Part shown: piece by piece, positions 12,151 through 25,868 of the stretch
Numbering within the stretch: the stretch's first letter is position 1
How the letters are laid out: every line of letters starts with the position of its first letter
Source: Octopus vulgaris
Taxonomy: Eukaryota
Assembly: GCA_951406725.2 (NCBI GenBank)
Contig: OX597814.1
Location: 65,410,001-65,474,000, forward strand
Length of the DNA: 64,000 nt
Reading direction: 5' to 3'
Translations under genes and position numbers: made by a program
Notes under the pieces: generated by a model
The model's database searches: none
Told to the model about the DNA's origin: nothing
The model's input: the letters and a program-made list of their open reading frames with translations, nothing else

Positions 12151-13080
12151 AGTTCGAACTGGAGAAGAAGCTGTTCACTGAGTTTTGTGCCTCAAGCATA
12201 TTCGGACTGATAATAACGTTAGTAATATAAAGGATATACACACATGCATTTACACACGATATAAATTTGCGCAATCCCGTTGTCATGGGCCCAAACAAAA
12301 CAACAGCAGCCCAGATGTATCCGCTCAACAAGGAAATTTAATGGTCGATGAAACTACTAAAAATGGGTATTAGAGAGTCTAACAAATTAAAAAACAAAAG
12401 TAAACAATGGCTAAAACAGTGTCTCCTAATAACTAGAAATATAATAAGTGATGTTCACAACTGGGATATTATATGTCCGCTCTATCAGAGTCGATCTTTC
12501 AACAATACCACTGACAAGCGGAATTCATTGATGATTACACACCCCATTACATTCATCCTTATCCTGAACTGAATGCTCAACATGCTGATCCAAGATGTTA
12601 CAAAGAAATAGATACAAAGCCCTTCATAGTCCTAAATGCATTATCATAGACTCATGAACATGTGTACACACAAGTAATGAGGAGATTATTCTATAATCGG
12701 CACGTGATGTCCTCATTAAATATAGATCTAGACACCTCACTTTTTTTTATTTTAATTCTTATTACATTTTCATTGTCGAGATTAGACCCGTACTCGAACT
12801 TACTTTAACATCTGTTCCTCTGACCTTTCTTCAATATATTTATGTTCTTTATTAAATTTTATCTATTTATGCTCATCTGATGACACGCTTCACAGCTTAG
12901 CTTATAAATCAGCCATGTAAAATACACAAAGAAAACATACTGGCCTGTATTTATTTGTGTACAAGTGTCTCTCTCTCTCTCTCTTTCTCTCTCTCATTTT
13001 TTCTGTCTCTCTTTTCGCTCTTTCACCATACACACACATATATATGTGTAAATAAATATATATATATATTTAAAATATAT

Positions 13081-13143
<63 letters not shown>

Positions 13144-14128
13144 GGTAGGTAGGTAGGTAGGTATGTATACACATACACACACATGCGTACATATAACTAC
13201 ACCTGACAGATACTCGCACGTGGACGTAACAATACAATTTTAGCTTATTTAAGCAATATATTTATTTACTGAGTGTGCTCAACGGCTCAGCAAGTTGTCG
13301 TTGCTATACTTTATGTGAATTAAACTACACAATACACAGTAAACAACTAATACTGAATATTTTCCACATGTTCAGTCTAGAACATCATCTAGATGCTTCG
13401 TTTGTTAATCACCTCGTAAGCTGCTGTTGAACTAACAACAGTTACATACAATATACATACACATGATACATGTGCAACTCAACCAACACGCGCAAGAGGA
13501 ACGAGCAGTTATCTACGTAGGTCACGCGAAAATTAATAACTGTAAAACGGATTGCATTAGAGTCCATTAAGTCGAGACACGGAGATAGATACAAAGAATT
13601 ATATTGCACACATACATGCATGAACATGGTTACCGCAAGCGCAATATTTAATCCGAAGCGTTCACAATGGTTCATCTCTTTGTCGATGATATAATTTGAT
13701 GACAACGTGAAAAACAGATTGCTTTGAATTATTTACCACAACACACACACACACACAAGCATACACACACAAGCACACACATACACACACACGCACAAAC
13801 GTCTCACAAGTTCGTTTATGTAACTCCCAATTAACATCCAAACCCAACAAATCCTCTAGGCCGTAGAATTTCTGTTAGTCCAGCGATAATAACAAAATGA
13901 ATCAATTATATTGATTCAATAACATATTAGAGCAACATAATTCTTAACATTAAAAGAAGATACTGTAAAACAATTAAATTAGACAATAGAACAATTGAAA
14001 ACAACTGCGGGTAATATTAGGTACAAAATTGATGACCAGAAGAGCACAATATATCCAGCCCACGCACCTTGCCATATTACCATACTTTGGTGCCTAGGAG
14101 AGGTTCAGAATATTCTAGGTTAGCACTA

Positions 14129-14212
<84 letters not shown>

Positions 14213-14793
14213 CCCTCTCTCTCTCTCTATATATATATATATATGTGTGTGTATGTGTGTGTGTGTGTGTGTGTGTATGTGTTAGGGAACATAGTTATTT
14301 AAATTAAATATTAATTTGATATTAATCAAATTTGATATTTACCAAATTTCAATTTTTCACCCTTGTTATTTAAATTTAAATAATCATGTTCTCTAACCGG
14401 CAAAATTCACAGCGGAGAATTATTTTCTGCAGAATTATTTCCGGATTTTTTGGCGCGCCAAAACGAAAACTTTTGAAATATAACCCCAAATGTAAATAGT
14501 AGAACTATATGCATGTTCAATCTCATGCGGACGTTTCGCGTATAGTTCTGCAAATTAGATTTTGCTATGATGATCACACTGATGAATTGTGGACATTTAC
14601 GGAAGTATTACTTAAGTGGTAGCAATAAAATCGGGTTTGTGATTAATCTTTATATTTTGTATCTTTTTATTTGCCTTGCTCGCTTACGTTCTGGTGTTTG
14701 CTGAATTTTCTTGAGAACAATCTTTTCTTAGTGGTCAGGCCATGTGGGGTCTACCTCTAACATAATGGATATCCACTGAGTGGTCATCCCTGT

Positions 14794-14841
<48 letters not shown>

Positions 14842-14844
<3 letters not shown>

Positions 14845-15120
14845 TATAGCCGCAGGTCGACTAAAGCATTGTCAGCAGATTTCGTCCACGGAAAAGGAAA
14901 GAAGACTGTCGTATATATGTGTATATTTGTGTGTTTGTGTTTGTATCCCCACCATCAGTTGACAACCCATGTTGCTGTGTTTATGTTCCTGTAACTTAGC
15001 GTTGCGGCAAAAGATACGGATAGGATTAGCACCAGCCTTACATAGAATAAACTGATTCGACTAAAGCCCGTGCTCCAGCATCGCTCAGTCATATGACTGA
15101 AATAAGTAGAACAATAAAAA
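14842..15120 (+). mobile_element. SINE family A, 5'-truncated
   Basis: TACTATAGCC..GTCGACTAAAGC, a short TG tract, then TTGACAAC..GTAACTTAGCG..GTGCTCCAGCAT..TGACTGAAATAAGTA. Confidence 0.75.
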
Positions 15121-15457
15121 CTATACCATTTTAATCCCGATCAACGCCGCGTATCTCAGCTAGTTTGTAATAAATGATAAAGTATAACTTAGAAATAAGT
15201 GGCTGAAAATCAGGGGGTGCACCATTGAATGGTGAGGGGCCAGTAGCATCGAGTGTATCCCCTTAGTGACGGGCATGCAACAGACAAAATGAGGATATAT
15301 AGAGATCACGACAAAAACAAGCTAATTTAGAAAGTTGGTCTACTGTAAATATATACTTGCATGTTTATGTGTGTCAAATGTAACGGTATACACACACATA
15401 CACACCCGCACACACACACATCTATATATATGTGTGTGTGTGTATATATATATATAT

Positions 15458-15720
15458 GGAGGAATATGGCCTAGCGGTTAGAGCAGTGATCGAGGGATCG
15501 CGGGCTCGAATCTGAGGCCGGGCGATGTGTGTGGGTCCGGCAGAAGGTAATGGCGAACTTCTGATACTTTCGCCACAACTTTCTCTCACTCTTTCCTCCT
15601 GCATGTAGCAGCTCACCTGCGACGGGCCGGTGTCCCGACCAGGTGGAAAACCTATACGCCAATGAAACCGGGAAACCTGCCCTTATAAGTAAGGCTTGGC
15701 ACAAGAAGGAACACCCCCCC
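15458..15720 (+). mobile_element. tRNA-derived SINE (diverged)
   Basis: A-box TGGCCTAGCGGTTAG and B-box-like GGCTCGAATC followed by a non-tRNA body. Confidence 0.55.
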
Positions 15721-15769
15721 CACACACATATGGAGGTACACGCATAGTTATGTGGAGGAACTGGTGTGG

Positions 15770-15975
15770 GTGCGCGGATAACAAGTAAGCGTTGCAAACA
15801 ACGTGGTTTCGATATAATCCAACTCTTCTATAGCCCCGGGTCAACCAATGACAGTGTGATTGAATTTGGTGAATAGAAGTTATGTAGAAGCCCGTCGTAC
15901 ATGTGTACGTGTGTTTACGTTTGCCTCTCTCGACTTGACAACCAGTGTTGGTTATTTTAATTTCCCATTGCATAG
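15770..15975 (+). mobile_element. SINE family A, degenerate
   Basis: TCTTCTATAGCCCCGGGTCAACCAA..AGAAGCCCGTCGTA..CGACTTGACAACC matches other copies. Confidence 0.6.
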
Positions 15976-16172
15976 TGGTTCACCAAAGAATATGTATGTG
16001 TGTGTTCGTGCATACGCTTGTGTGTGTGAGCATGCGTTTGTGTGTGTATGTATGTGCGTGAGTGTGCGTGTGTGTGTGTGCGTGTGTGAATGTATATATT
16101 TTTATAATATACATATATATATATGTATATATACACATGCATATATGTGTGTATGTATACACATATACATAG

Positions 16173-16273
<101 letters not shown>

Positions 16274-16930
16274 GTATATAAGCCTTTTATTAAACCACCG
16301 AGTTGGGTATAATGTGATAATTTTCTTTCTTAACACCCTCGTGACCTGCACACATCTTATTATCAGCGACTGTGATAAGAACAAAAGCGCGGATTTCGCA
16401 TTTGGGTATCCATTTGTATGTATTAATGTGTGAACAAGCAGTCTTGAGTGTCTGCGTTCTGTGCCCGTGTATAGGTGTTTATCTGTAAGGTTTTTGTATG
16501 TGATTTAGTGTATGTGTGTATGTGTATATATATATATATAATACAGCATTTATATACATCATACGCATATTCATACGTATAGATGTATGCACATATACAA
16601 ATGTATAAATATATGTACATCCTATGTACTAACACACATACACAAACGCATATACTTACCTATCTACACATAAACACCTCTCAATTTTGCGTAGTTGCCT
16701 TAAGCTATCGCTAAATATGGCTCACGCCCATAAAAACTTTTAACCCTGTAGTGGAAAGATAGCCTGTCGCTTTGAAAGGAATCAGCTTGCAAAGGTCTAT
16801 AGTTACGTTCCCCAATAGCGTCAAACTGATAATTGAAAAGGGTTAAATACGTTCAAACTGGTACTCAAGGCTAAAAGATCGTTCTTTTAAAACATCAACA
16901 CACCCTACACGAAATTTGTAACACGTTCCG

Positions 16931-17020
<90 letters not shown>

Positions 17021-17399
17021 ACACACACATACGCACTTGCTTAAATATACACTTTTATATGTGTGCAAGAATGTAGGTGATTGAATGTATATACATATAT
17101 ATATAGATGTAATAGTGCATTCATGTACATTATACGCATATTCATACGTATACATGTATGCACATGTTCATATATATAAACATATATACTAACAAACATA
17201 CACATGCGTAAATACCTATCTACACATAAGCACTCCTCAATTTTGCATAGTTGCCTTCAACTATCGCTAACTATGTAGGTGTATGTGTATATATATGTGT
17301 GTGAGTGGTGCTGATATATGTATGCATATAAAATTGGATAGGTAAGTAATGATATAGAGATAGATAGTGAAATTCACAAAGAAATATACAGGTCTCCAA

Positions 17400-17830
17400 T
17401 GAATCTGATCGCCAGACACATTGACAAGCACATCGATGAACAAGGAGTAAAATACACATATTAGAACAAACAGCCAGTTGGGCGAACGATACGAAGAGAA
17501 GTATATTTACAAATATGAACTTGGAAAGAATGGAAAATATTAAAGAATTTTAAGTGTTGAGGTTGTTACAATTTAATGTCATTTGGACCCAGTTTTTGTA
17601 GCTGTATGATAAAAAATACTTCAGCCATGACGTCAACTTATATTTTCTAGTAAAGATATACTAAAAACTACATTATCCAATGGTAATGGGATTTTAGAGG
17701 GGATTTGGCTGTAGGTCCAGCTAACAAGTAGAGATTCTAATGCGGCTGAAAGTGGAATAAAAAACTCAGTTGAAGGGGTGGTATTAAGGAAGAAGTAAAA
17801 ATAAACAGAGCTGATAGAGAATGGTTACTG
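17400..17830 (-). mobile_element. Penelope-like GIY-YIG C-terminal remnant
   Basis: The minus strand encodes E-x-F..IIQLQKLGPNDIK, resembling the I..L.TL.P.GLN end of PLE endonucleases. It is heavily decayed. Confidence 0.35.
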
Positions 17831-18027
17831 ACAGTGTCAAGTAACTGAGGTATATAAAAGATTACAAATATGTATAAATATATATATCAGAAGGGAAATG
17901 AATCGAGCAAAATAAATAATCAAGTTTAGGAATGTATATATATATATATATGTGTGAGTGTGGGGGTGGGGGTTTGTGTGTGTGCGTGCGTGTGTGCTAT
18001 GTGTGCGTGTCACTAGTGTGTGTACGC

Positions 18028-18064
<37 letters not shown>

Positions 18065-18195
18065 GAGAGAGAGAGAGAGAGAGATGTATGTGTATATGTA
18101 TACATGCATACATATATATGTATGTATGTATGTATATATATGATATAATATAATATAAATAATATATATATACATACACATATATATATGTACGC

Positions 18196-18243
<48 letters not shown>

Positions 18244-18245
<2 letters not shown>

Positions 18246-18868
18246 GATCTTGGCATAGTTGGAAAATTGGGAGAATGGCTTCATGACTTTCTGAAGGATA
18301 GAAGTCAGGTGGTAGTAGCCAATGGGGCCACTTCCATTAACACGCAAATAGTGAGCGGTGTTCCGCAAGGCACTGTTTAGGGACCACTAGTGTTCATAAT
18401 GGCCCTCTCAGACATGCCCTCAGCCACACAGAGAGCCACGATCACAAGTTATGCAGATGATACAAAAGTTTCACAGGCAATACAGAACCCTGAAGACACT
18501 AAGCACCTGCAATGTGAACTGGACAAAATATACAAGATGTAGGACAAGATACTGTGATAGCCTGGGCTTCAGAGGCCCACAGCTCTTCAATATCCTCCCG
18601 AAGAACCTGAGAGACCTGTATGGGGGTGGATGCAGATGTCTTTAAAATAAAACTGGATCTCTTCCTGTCAGGTGTCCCAGATGAACCAACTTCACGGCAG
18701 GAGGTGCAGATGAGGGCAGCTACATCGAACTCTCTCATGCACCAAATGGCAATTGCTAAAAAGCATTCGTGAAGTAAAATCATGTAGCAACACCAAATGG
18801 CAGTGCCCCAGCATGGCCACAGCTCGTGAGCTGAAACTAGATAAAATGAAATAAAATAAAATAAAAAT

Positions 18869-18872
<4 letters not shown>
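18244..18872 (+). mobile_element. CR1/L2-group LINE fragment (RT core joined to 3' end)
   Basis: [43 protein letters not shown], then GPQLFNILPKNLRDL..FKIKLDLFLSGVPDEP, a 3' UTR and an (AAAAT)n tail. Confidence 0.88.
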
Positions 18873-18936
<64 letters not shown>

Positions 18937-19884
18937 TGTATGTATACATGCATATATGTATGCACTACGTCACCAACAGTAAACAACAGGAAATACGAAA
19001 ACAAATTAGTTAAATACGCAAATAACGAAAGAGAGAAAAGGACAAGTAATACAAAGAATGACCCTTCATCAGTTGTCGGCTGCCTATCTACTCCTCATTT
19101 CGAGCAATCAGTATATATAGATATTATTGTGTCTGCGGGGAGTCATTCTCTTTTCGTGCCTTGTTATTTAAGACACTCACCGGCTCGTTTACCATTCATT
19201 TAGTATTATTTTTTTCTAAAATTTTCGCTGCGTCTTACAAAGTTTTCAATAGTTGTTGACTCTGCCCGTTATCAGAGCTGCGTTCTTTTTGTTTGTTTGT
19301 TTGCTTCTGTGCATGTGTGTGCGTTGGTGTGCATGTGTATACACAATTGTATGTACGTACGTATGTATGTATGTATGTATGTATGTATGTATGTATGTAT
19401 GTATGTATGTATGTATATATGCATGCATGTATGCATGTATGTGTGTGTATGCATATTCATGTATTTGTGTGTTCATGTTTCTGTCTATATGTGTGTGTTC
19501 GTATATGTGTGCACGTGTGTATTTGCCTGTGTACCTCTATTTCCTTGTGTGTGCATGTTTGGGTGTGTCTAGATGAATGGGATTGTGTGACTGTGTACTT
19601 GCGTCAGTTATGTTTGGATGCGTGTTATGTATGGATATGTGTCCTCGTGTGTGTGGGTGTAAAGTTTGCGTGTGTGTATATGGTCATATATTTCAGTCAT
19701 CATTTGTGTATGTATGTGTGTATGCCTATGTGCGTGCCTGTCTGTCCGTATTACCTATGTACCTATCTATCTATTTATCTCTCTGTTTACTTATATAGCC
19801 GTTTACTTACACGCATACACACACACATACAGACGTCTACATATAGAGCCTACTAACAATTCTACATGTGTATAAATAAACTGT

Positions 19885-20095
19885 GGGTATTAGGGTATAA
19901 CTACCTTGTACGTATATTTCCTATTTAGTACTGGGGATGTTTCATTTATGAGGAGGTACTCCTGTATTTCTCTGAGTGTTGGGTCCTTCGGGGACTTGGA
20001 TAAAATGCAGATGTCAAGTTGTCCCAGTTTGCCTCCATGTTGGTCCTTGGATTGTTGGTAGAGTATGGAGGACTGTTTTTTGCATACACATGCTG
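19885..20095 (-). mobile_element. Penelope-like GIY-YIG C-terminal remnant
   Basis: LREIQEYLLINETSPVLNRK matches the R.I.E..LI...P.LN end of PLE GIY-YIG domains. Confidence 0.5.
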
Positions 20096-20107
20096 ATATA
20101 TATGTAG

Positions 20108-20225
20108 AGATAAATAAAAATATACATATATAAATAAATAAAAATATACATATATAAATAAAAATATACATATATAAATAAATAAAAATATACATATATA
20201 TAAATAAAAATATACATATATATAC
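20108..20225. repeat. AT-rich minisatellite, ~20-24 bp unit (AAATAAATAAAAATATACATATAT)
   Basis: About five tandem copies are visible. Confidence 0.85.
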
Positions 20226-20599
20226 ACACACATTTATATATGTGCATATATATATTTGTGGGTGTGTATGTCTGTGTGTGTATATGTGTGTGTTACAGTA
20301 TGATATACTATAGGTTAGAAGATTTTCTTTCAGTTTACCTCTATGAGAAATCCACGAATAACAGAAGAGCATTTAGATGTTTAGCTTTCGCACCTTCAAG
20401 AAGCTTGCGTCAGGTTAAGATGTGCCCTGTAATTGATCGTCCTCTTCGGAAGGAATTTTGATTTTCCCTCAATACCTTTTCCATTTCTGAACTTACGCGC
20501 TTAACCAGCAGGTTTATTTCCTTGTAGACTCTTGCCACGCCAAGATTTCTATTTTAGGGAAAAGCGAGGATACTGCGCTTTGTCCATGTTTCTAAACAT

Positions 20600-20790
20600 G
20601 GACTAATGAATGTATTGGTAAAGCTTGGGGTGCCGTTGACAAGTTATATCTTGTGTGGAAATCAAGACTTCCATACAATTCCAAAAAGGAGTCTCTTTGA
20701 GGCAACTTTCACTTCTGTTATATTGTATGGCAGTCCAGTATGAACTTCAACCCAAACGGAGATATCGATGCTCATTATGCATGTGTTTGT
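20600..20790 (+). mobile_element. RTE-group LINE remnant (post-RT region)
   Basis: KAWGAVDKLYLVWKSRLP..FEATFTSVILYGS resembles the KAW..KL..IWKS.L..SVLLYG motif. Confidence 0.55.
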
Positions 20791-20839
20791 CTATTTAATT
20801 GCTACTTCGAAAATATACATATCTGCTATGATGATAAAC

Positions 20840-20965
20840 GCAGACGTAGCTATGTCGTCAGTTTGCTTCCTCTTCACATGGTTTCAGGATCAATCCCACT
20901 GCTTTATTTCAACTATAGCCCCGGGCCGACGAAACACATGTGATTTCGTGGTCGGAAACTGCAAT
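20840..20965 (+). mobile_element. SINE family A head, degenerate
   Basis: CACATGGTTTCAGGATCAATCCCACTG..AACTATAGCCCCGGGCCGAC..CGGAAACTG. Confidence 0.6.
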
Positions 20966-20973
20966 AAGATCAT

Positions 20974-21001
<28 letters not shown>

Positions 21002-21014
<13 letters not shown>

Positions 21015-21200
21015 TTCGAGACAAAACCACTATTTTGCAAATCAAACAAGGAAAGACTTAATCAATACATAACAAATTTTAATATTTATTTATTTATTTA
21101 TTTATTTATTTACTTTATATTAAAATTTTTTATGTATTGATTAAGTCTTTCCTTGTTTGATTTGCAAAATAGCGGTTTTGTCTCGAATTAATATTATATA
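21002..21200. repeat. Near-perfect inverted repeat, ~84-bp arms
   Basis: 21002-21085 is the reverse complement of 21117-21200 with 2 mismatches. The spacer is (TTTA)n. Confidence 0.93.
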
Positions 21201-21278
21201 ATATTTTACTATAAAATTGAATTTAATCCTATATCTGATTTTTTCCCTGTAAATTTGGATTTATTCCCTAATATTTAT

Positions 21279-21328
<50 letters not shown>

Positions 21329-21427
21329 GTGTATGTGTATGTGCACTACCATCGCTTTAGAACTGGTTTTGGTGTGTTTTTGTTCCCGTAACATAGCAGT
21401 TCAGAAGATGACCATATATGTACAAAC

Positions 21428-21481
<54 letters not shown>

Positions 21482-21580
21482 GACAATAGATAACCTTTGC
21501 CTCTTTTCATAGAGACAAAAGGGTTTATAAGACAGAAAAAACGAACTGCTCAAAAATTGATTGGGACAGAGATAAAAAAA

Positions 21581-21943
21581 ATTGATCAGAGAACAAACAT
21601 CTAATTCGAGTCAACGACTTTATACAGGATACTACGACTCCAAACATTTGATCATATATAAATATTACCATGGCATTTCAACATATAAAGAGTACAATTA
21701 TAAAAGACACAGGTAAAAAATATATATGCAAATAAAAATACAGATTTATAGAACAGCCTATCAAGAAGGTATATACAATCGACTAAAAATTCTAAAGCGT
21801 ATCATGCGACTAAAAATCTAAATAAATTAAGATAATATTTGACTTACTCGCCTCAAACAAAAAAATATATGACAAAATATTTGGAGGCGTGGTGTTATGT
21901 ATAATGTTGTTGACTCGAATTTGATGTTTGTTCTTTGATCAAT
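21581..21943. repeat. Diverged inverted repeat, ~80-bp arms
   Basis: ATTGATCAGAGAACAAACATCTAATTCGAGTCAAC.. (21581-21660) versus its reverse complement at ~21865-21943. Confidence 0.85.
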
Positions 21944-22004
<61 letters not shown>

Positions 22005-22153
22005 GCATATATATGTATGTATGCATATATATATTTGTATATATATATATATATATATATATACAAATATATGTATACACACACATATATACATATATAT
22101 AGACATATATACACACATACGTATAACATATATATATATATATAGACATATAC

Positions 22154-22184
<31 letters not shown>

Positions 22185-22185
22185 C

Positions 22186-22244
<59 letters not shown>

Positions 22245-23443
22245 CCAGAGCAAGCCAATAAATGTGATACAAGGTTGGAAAAATAGTAATCGAATACCGG
22301 AGGTAGAGTAAATATGCGTAATTAATAAAGCTTCAATGAAAGGACAAATGAAAGCTAGATACACTTTCAAATGTGTATCTAGCAAAGTAATTGTATAATT
22401 ACTCATATAACCATAACTTGTTCCGTTGAAAACGAAAACTTTCCGACGAACGAGAACGTGTGATTATGAATCAGTTTTGCGATGTCTTTGCAGCTTTATT
22501 AATAAAGTATATGCTTTAAATATATATGTGTGTGTGTGTGTGTGCTCAACTCCCCCCCCACACACACACACACGCATAATGAATAAATAGTTAGTTGAAT
22601 GAGTAATTAATATTTTGATACAAAATACTGCATAAGTATCTCTAAAACGGAAGCTTCAGTTCGCAAGTTTCTCTGATGTTGTGGTATCATGGCCCCTACT
22701 ACCTATGACAGACGTGTGTGACTGTCCACTTTTTCTGAGTAAGGGACTTTTACACTAAATATTAGAGCTATTATTTATAGCTACACTTGAATTTGGGTAC
22801 TCTTCTAATAGAAAGAGACAGACAGTCACTCACACAGACGTACACTCACTTATACATATTTATATTTACGCATATACACGTGTTTATCTATACACACTTA
22901 TGCGCACACATACATAAAGACTCAGCTATATGAGTCTCTAAGAGTCCGTGTGCTAAACAATCTTCATCCAGTAAATCGTTAACATATGTAAAATGTCTAA
23001 CAGTCGAAAGAAATCTATCATCGTATAAATACATGTGTTTGGAAGAGCCTTATCAGTGAATGCTTATGGTGTGTGTTTGTTTATGTGTGTACAGAAATCT
23101 ATGCGAGCGTGCTGCTTTCTGTAGGGTTATAAACATCTACGTCTAACATACAAATTTGCGTTATGCGTAAATTGTTTCGTGCGTGTTTTCTTATACAAAC
23201 GCTGAAACACACAGATACATACATTTGTATGTATCTAAAATACAACAGATTTTCTTGAGATATTTGTATTTGTTTGTTTGCTTTTGCGCACGGGCACTTG
23301 GGTGTCTGTGTGTAAGTGTGTGTGTGCGTTTGTGTTTGTGCACGCATGGCTGTGCGCGTTTGTGTGTATGTGGTGTATGAGAAAACGAATGATCGCCATA
23401 TGAAGCTTATATATTCTAACGAATGAACGACCATACATGTTAA

Positions 23444-23488
<45 letters not shown>

Positions 23489-23699
23489 AAAACTTGCTTT
23501 TTTAAGTTATTTTGTTTGTATGCTCATGACAGAAGCGTTAGTTAATGTCTGTGCATATATAATTTTGGTTTTTTCTTTTTCTTCTTCAATTTATATGCAC
23601 GTTAGTGTTGTGAATATTTACATCGATATTACAGAGCGCTATCATAGCTTCTGCTATAAGAGCACTAACCAACACAGCCATGATTTTTATATATTATCT

Positions 23700-23879
23700 T
23701 ATTATTTTACTTGTTTCCCTCATTTGACTGCGGCCATGCTGGAGTACCACCTTCATTCAGCAAATCGACCCCAGGACTTATTCTTTGTAAGTACTTATTC
23801 TATCAGTCTCTTTTGCCGAACCGCTAAGTTATGGGGACGTAAACACACCAGCATCTGTTGTCAAGCGATGCTGGAGAGA

Positions 23880-23935
<56 letters not shown>

Positions 23936-24107
23936 CACGTCTATGACGGGCTTCTTTCAGTTTCCATCTACCAAATCTACTCAAAAGGCTTTGGTCGACC
24001 CGAGGCTATAGCAGAAGACAATTGCCCAAGGTGCCATGCAATGCGACTAAACCCGGAACCATGTGGTAGGTAAGCAAGCTACTTACCACACAGCCACTCC
24101 TGCGCCT
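23700..24107 (-). mobile_element. SINE family A, full length with internal (TA)n(TG)n
   Basis: The minus strand starts AGGCGCAGGAGTGGCTGTGTGGTAAG with B-box-like GGGTTTAGTC. The internal microsatellite is at 23883-23937 and the 3' half ends CAGTCAAATGAGGGAAACAAGTAAAA. Confidence 0.85.
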
Positions 24108-24589
24108 ATGATTACAAAAGAGTGAAGTTCTGTGAGTAAGTTTTCTTGTGTGCTCCTGCACGTAATATTTATGAATAACATATAACATGCACATTGGCTG
24201 AAGTCTTATAGATTAGGAGAAAATAAAATACGGTCGTGTTTGTCGTTCCCGCTGCGTATGTACAGTGTTCAAATATAAGAGAGTCAGTGCAATGTGGTGG
24301 TTTAGACAAATCGTGTCAGATGAAATGCATTGCACTATTTGCTTTGCTCTTTAAAATTTGAGTATTTGGGCGGCATATGTAATTCGTCAGTTTCTTTAGC
24401 ATCATCACTTGATCCTTAGGTGTGATTATCAAAGTTCACTCTATTGTAATTATGCAGGCCAGTACTGTGGTTTGCGGATACCTTACTTCATTCATCTCGC
24501 CAGTTTCAGGAGCACTGACATTCGTCAAAATATATAATCGCTGCCCTTCTCTGTATGACTAAACTGTGAATATACGTTTCACTTCAATT

Positions 24590-25810
24590 AGATTTTTACA
24601 AAAGATCATAGCCGCCAGGCTATCAAAACATTTTGACGACCAACAGCCGTGAGAAGAAGCAGGTTTCCGTAAGAACTATAGTACGATATATAACATATTC
24701 ACTCAAACACAGCTTATAGAACGAACGAGCAAATACAAGCTTCCTCTAGGTATCGTTTTTGCTGATTATAAAAAGACCTTCAATGGTGTTGAGACGAATG
24801 CAGTATTGGAATCTCTGGAAATGTAAAGTGTTGAAATGTAAACTGCTCAGTGATGCAAACTCTGGATGCCCAACAGATATAACTCTGATGTCATCATCAT
24901 TAAATATCTCAATTGAGAACGGTATCAAGCAAGGAGATACCATCTCTCCAAAGCTCTCTACTGCATCTCTAGAAATATTCATCAAGAACATCGAATGGAC
25001 AGGTAGCATGAATTTTGAATATTGAGCAACAATCACACTTCCGATTTGCAGGTGACATTGTACTCATCGCTATAACCATAGACCACTGACGAACCATACT
25101 GACTAAGCAGAAGACTCAGAAATTAGTAGCTGGTCTTAAAATGAACCACACAAAAACAAAATAGACGTGGTCGAAAGACGTAGAACAAAGCCGAATAGAC
25201 GCAGGATCTATGCAAACGAGTGGCTTAAGAAATATGTCTACTCAGGGCATAGAGTGAATATGCACTGAGATATAGATGCTGAGAAATCAAAGGGAACAGG
25301 GTCAGGATGAAAGGCATTTAACTCAATAAAGGATGTGATCCAAACAAAGCTAGACAATGCCATACGTGCCAGAATCATCAGTAGTACCGTCCTACCTACG
25401 CTCGTATAAGCAAGTGAGACGTGATCTACTTCGAAGTAGAAAGAACATCAATTGGCTACGAACGCAAAGGGCAATGGAAAACTCATGCTAGAAATATTAC
25501 TAAGAGAACACATTCGAAATGAAATTGTTGGAGAACGGAGCGTAGTAAACGATGCAATCGCAGAGTACCGAAGGCACAAGTTCCGCTGGGCTTGACGTGT
25601 CGCAGCGTTCAGAGACAACAGGTGGACCCGTGCAGTTCAGTTGCCGAGTGGTATTCAAAAGGTTAGCAGAGGTCACTTGGAAGGCTTCCACGGCGACAGG
25701 AAAATGACTTAGTCAAGCAATTTTGGTCAAGGTAGAAAAGAATGGGTCAATCAAAACAAAATTGGAAATGCATTGTGACAAGCGATGTAAGACAGCATCT
25801 GATGATCTGG
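24590..25810 (+). mobile_element. RTE LINE, decayed RT and 3' region
   Basis: QQP.EEAGFRKNYST, IVFADYKKTF, GIKQGDTISPKL, LRFAGDIVL, with many stops and frameshifts. Confidence 0.85.
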
Positions 25811-25868
25811 TTGATTCTGTGATATCTATAGAGTTATAGATATAGATAGACAGATATGCACACACATA

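Noticed and set aside
12340-12600. Possible C-terminus of another REL-type LINE (LLKMG..LLITRNII)
   Set aside because: The similarity is too weak to call by eye.
20108-20225. Regularly spaced short repeats resembling a CRISPR array
   Set aside because: No unique spacers, no cas genes and a eukaryotic context; it is a minisatellite.
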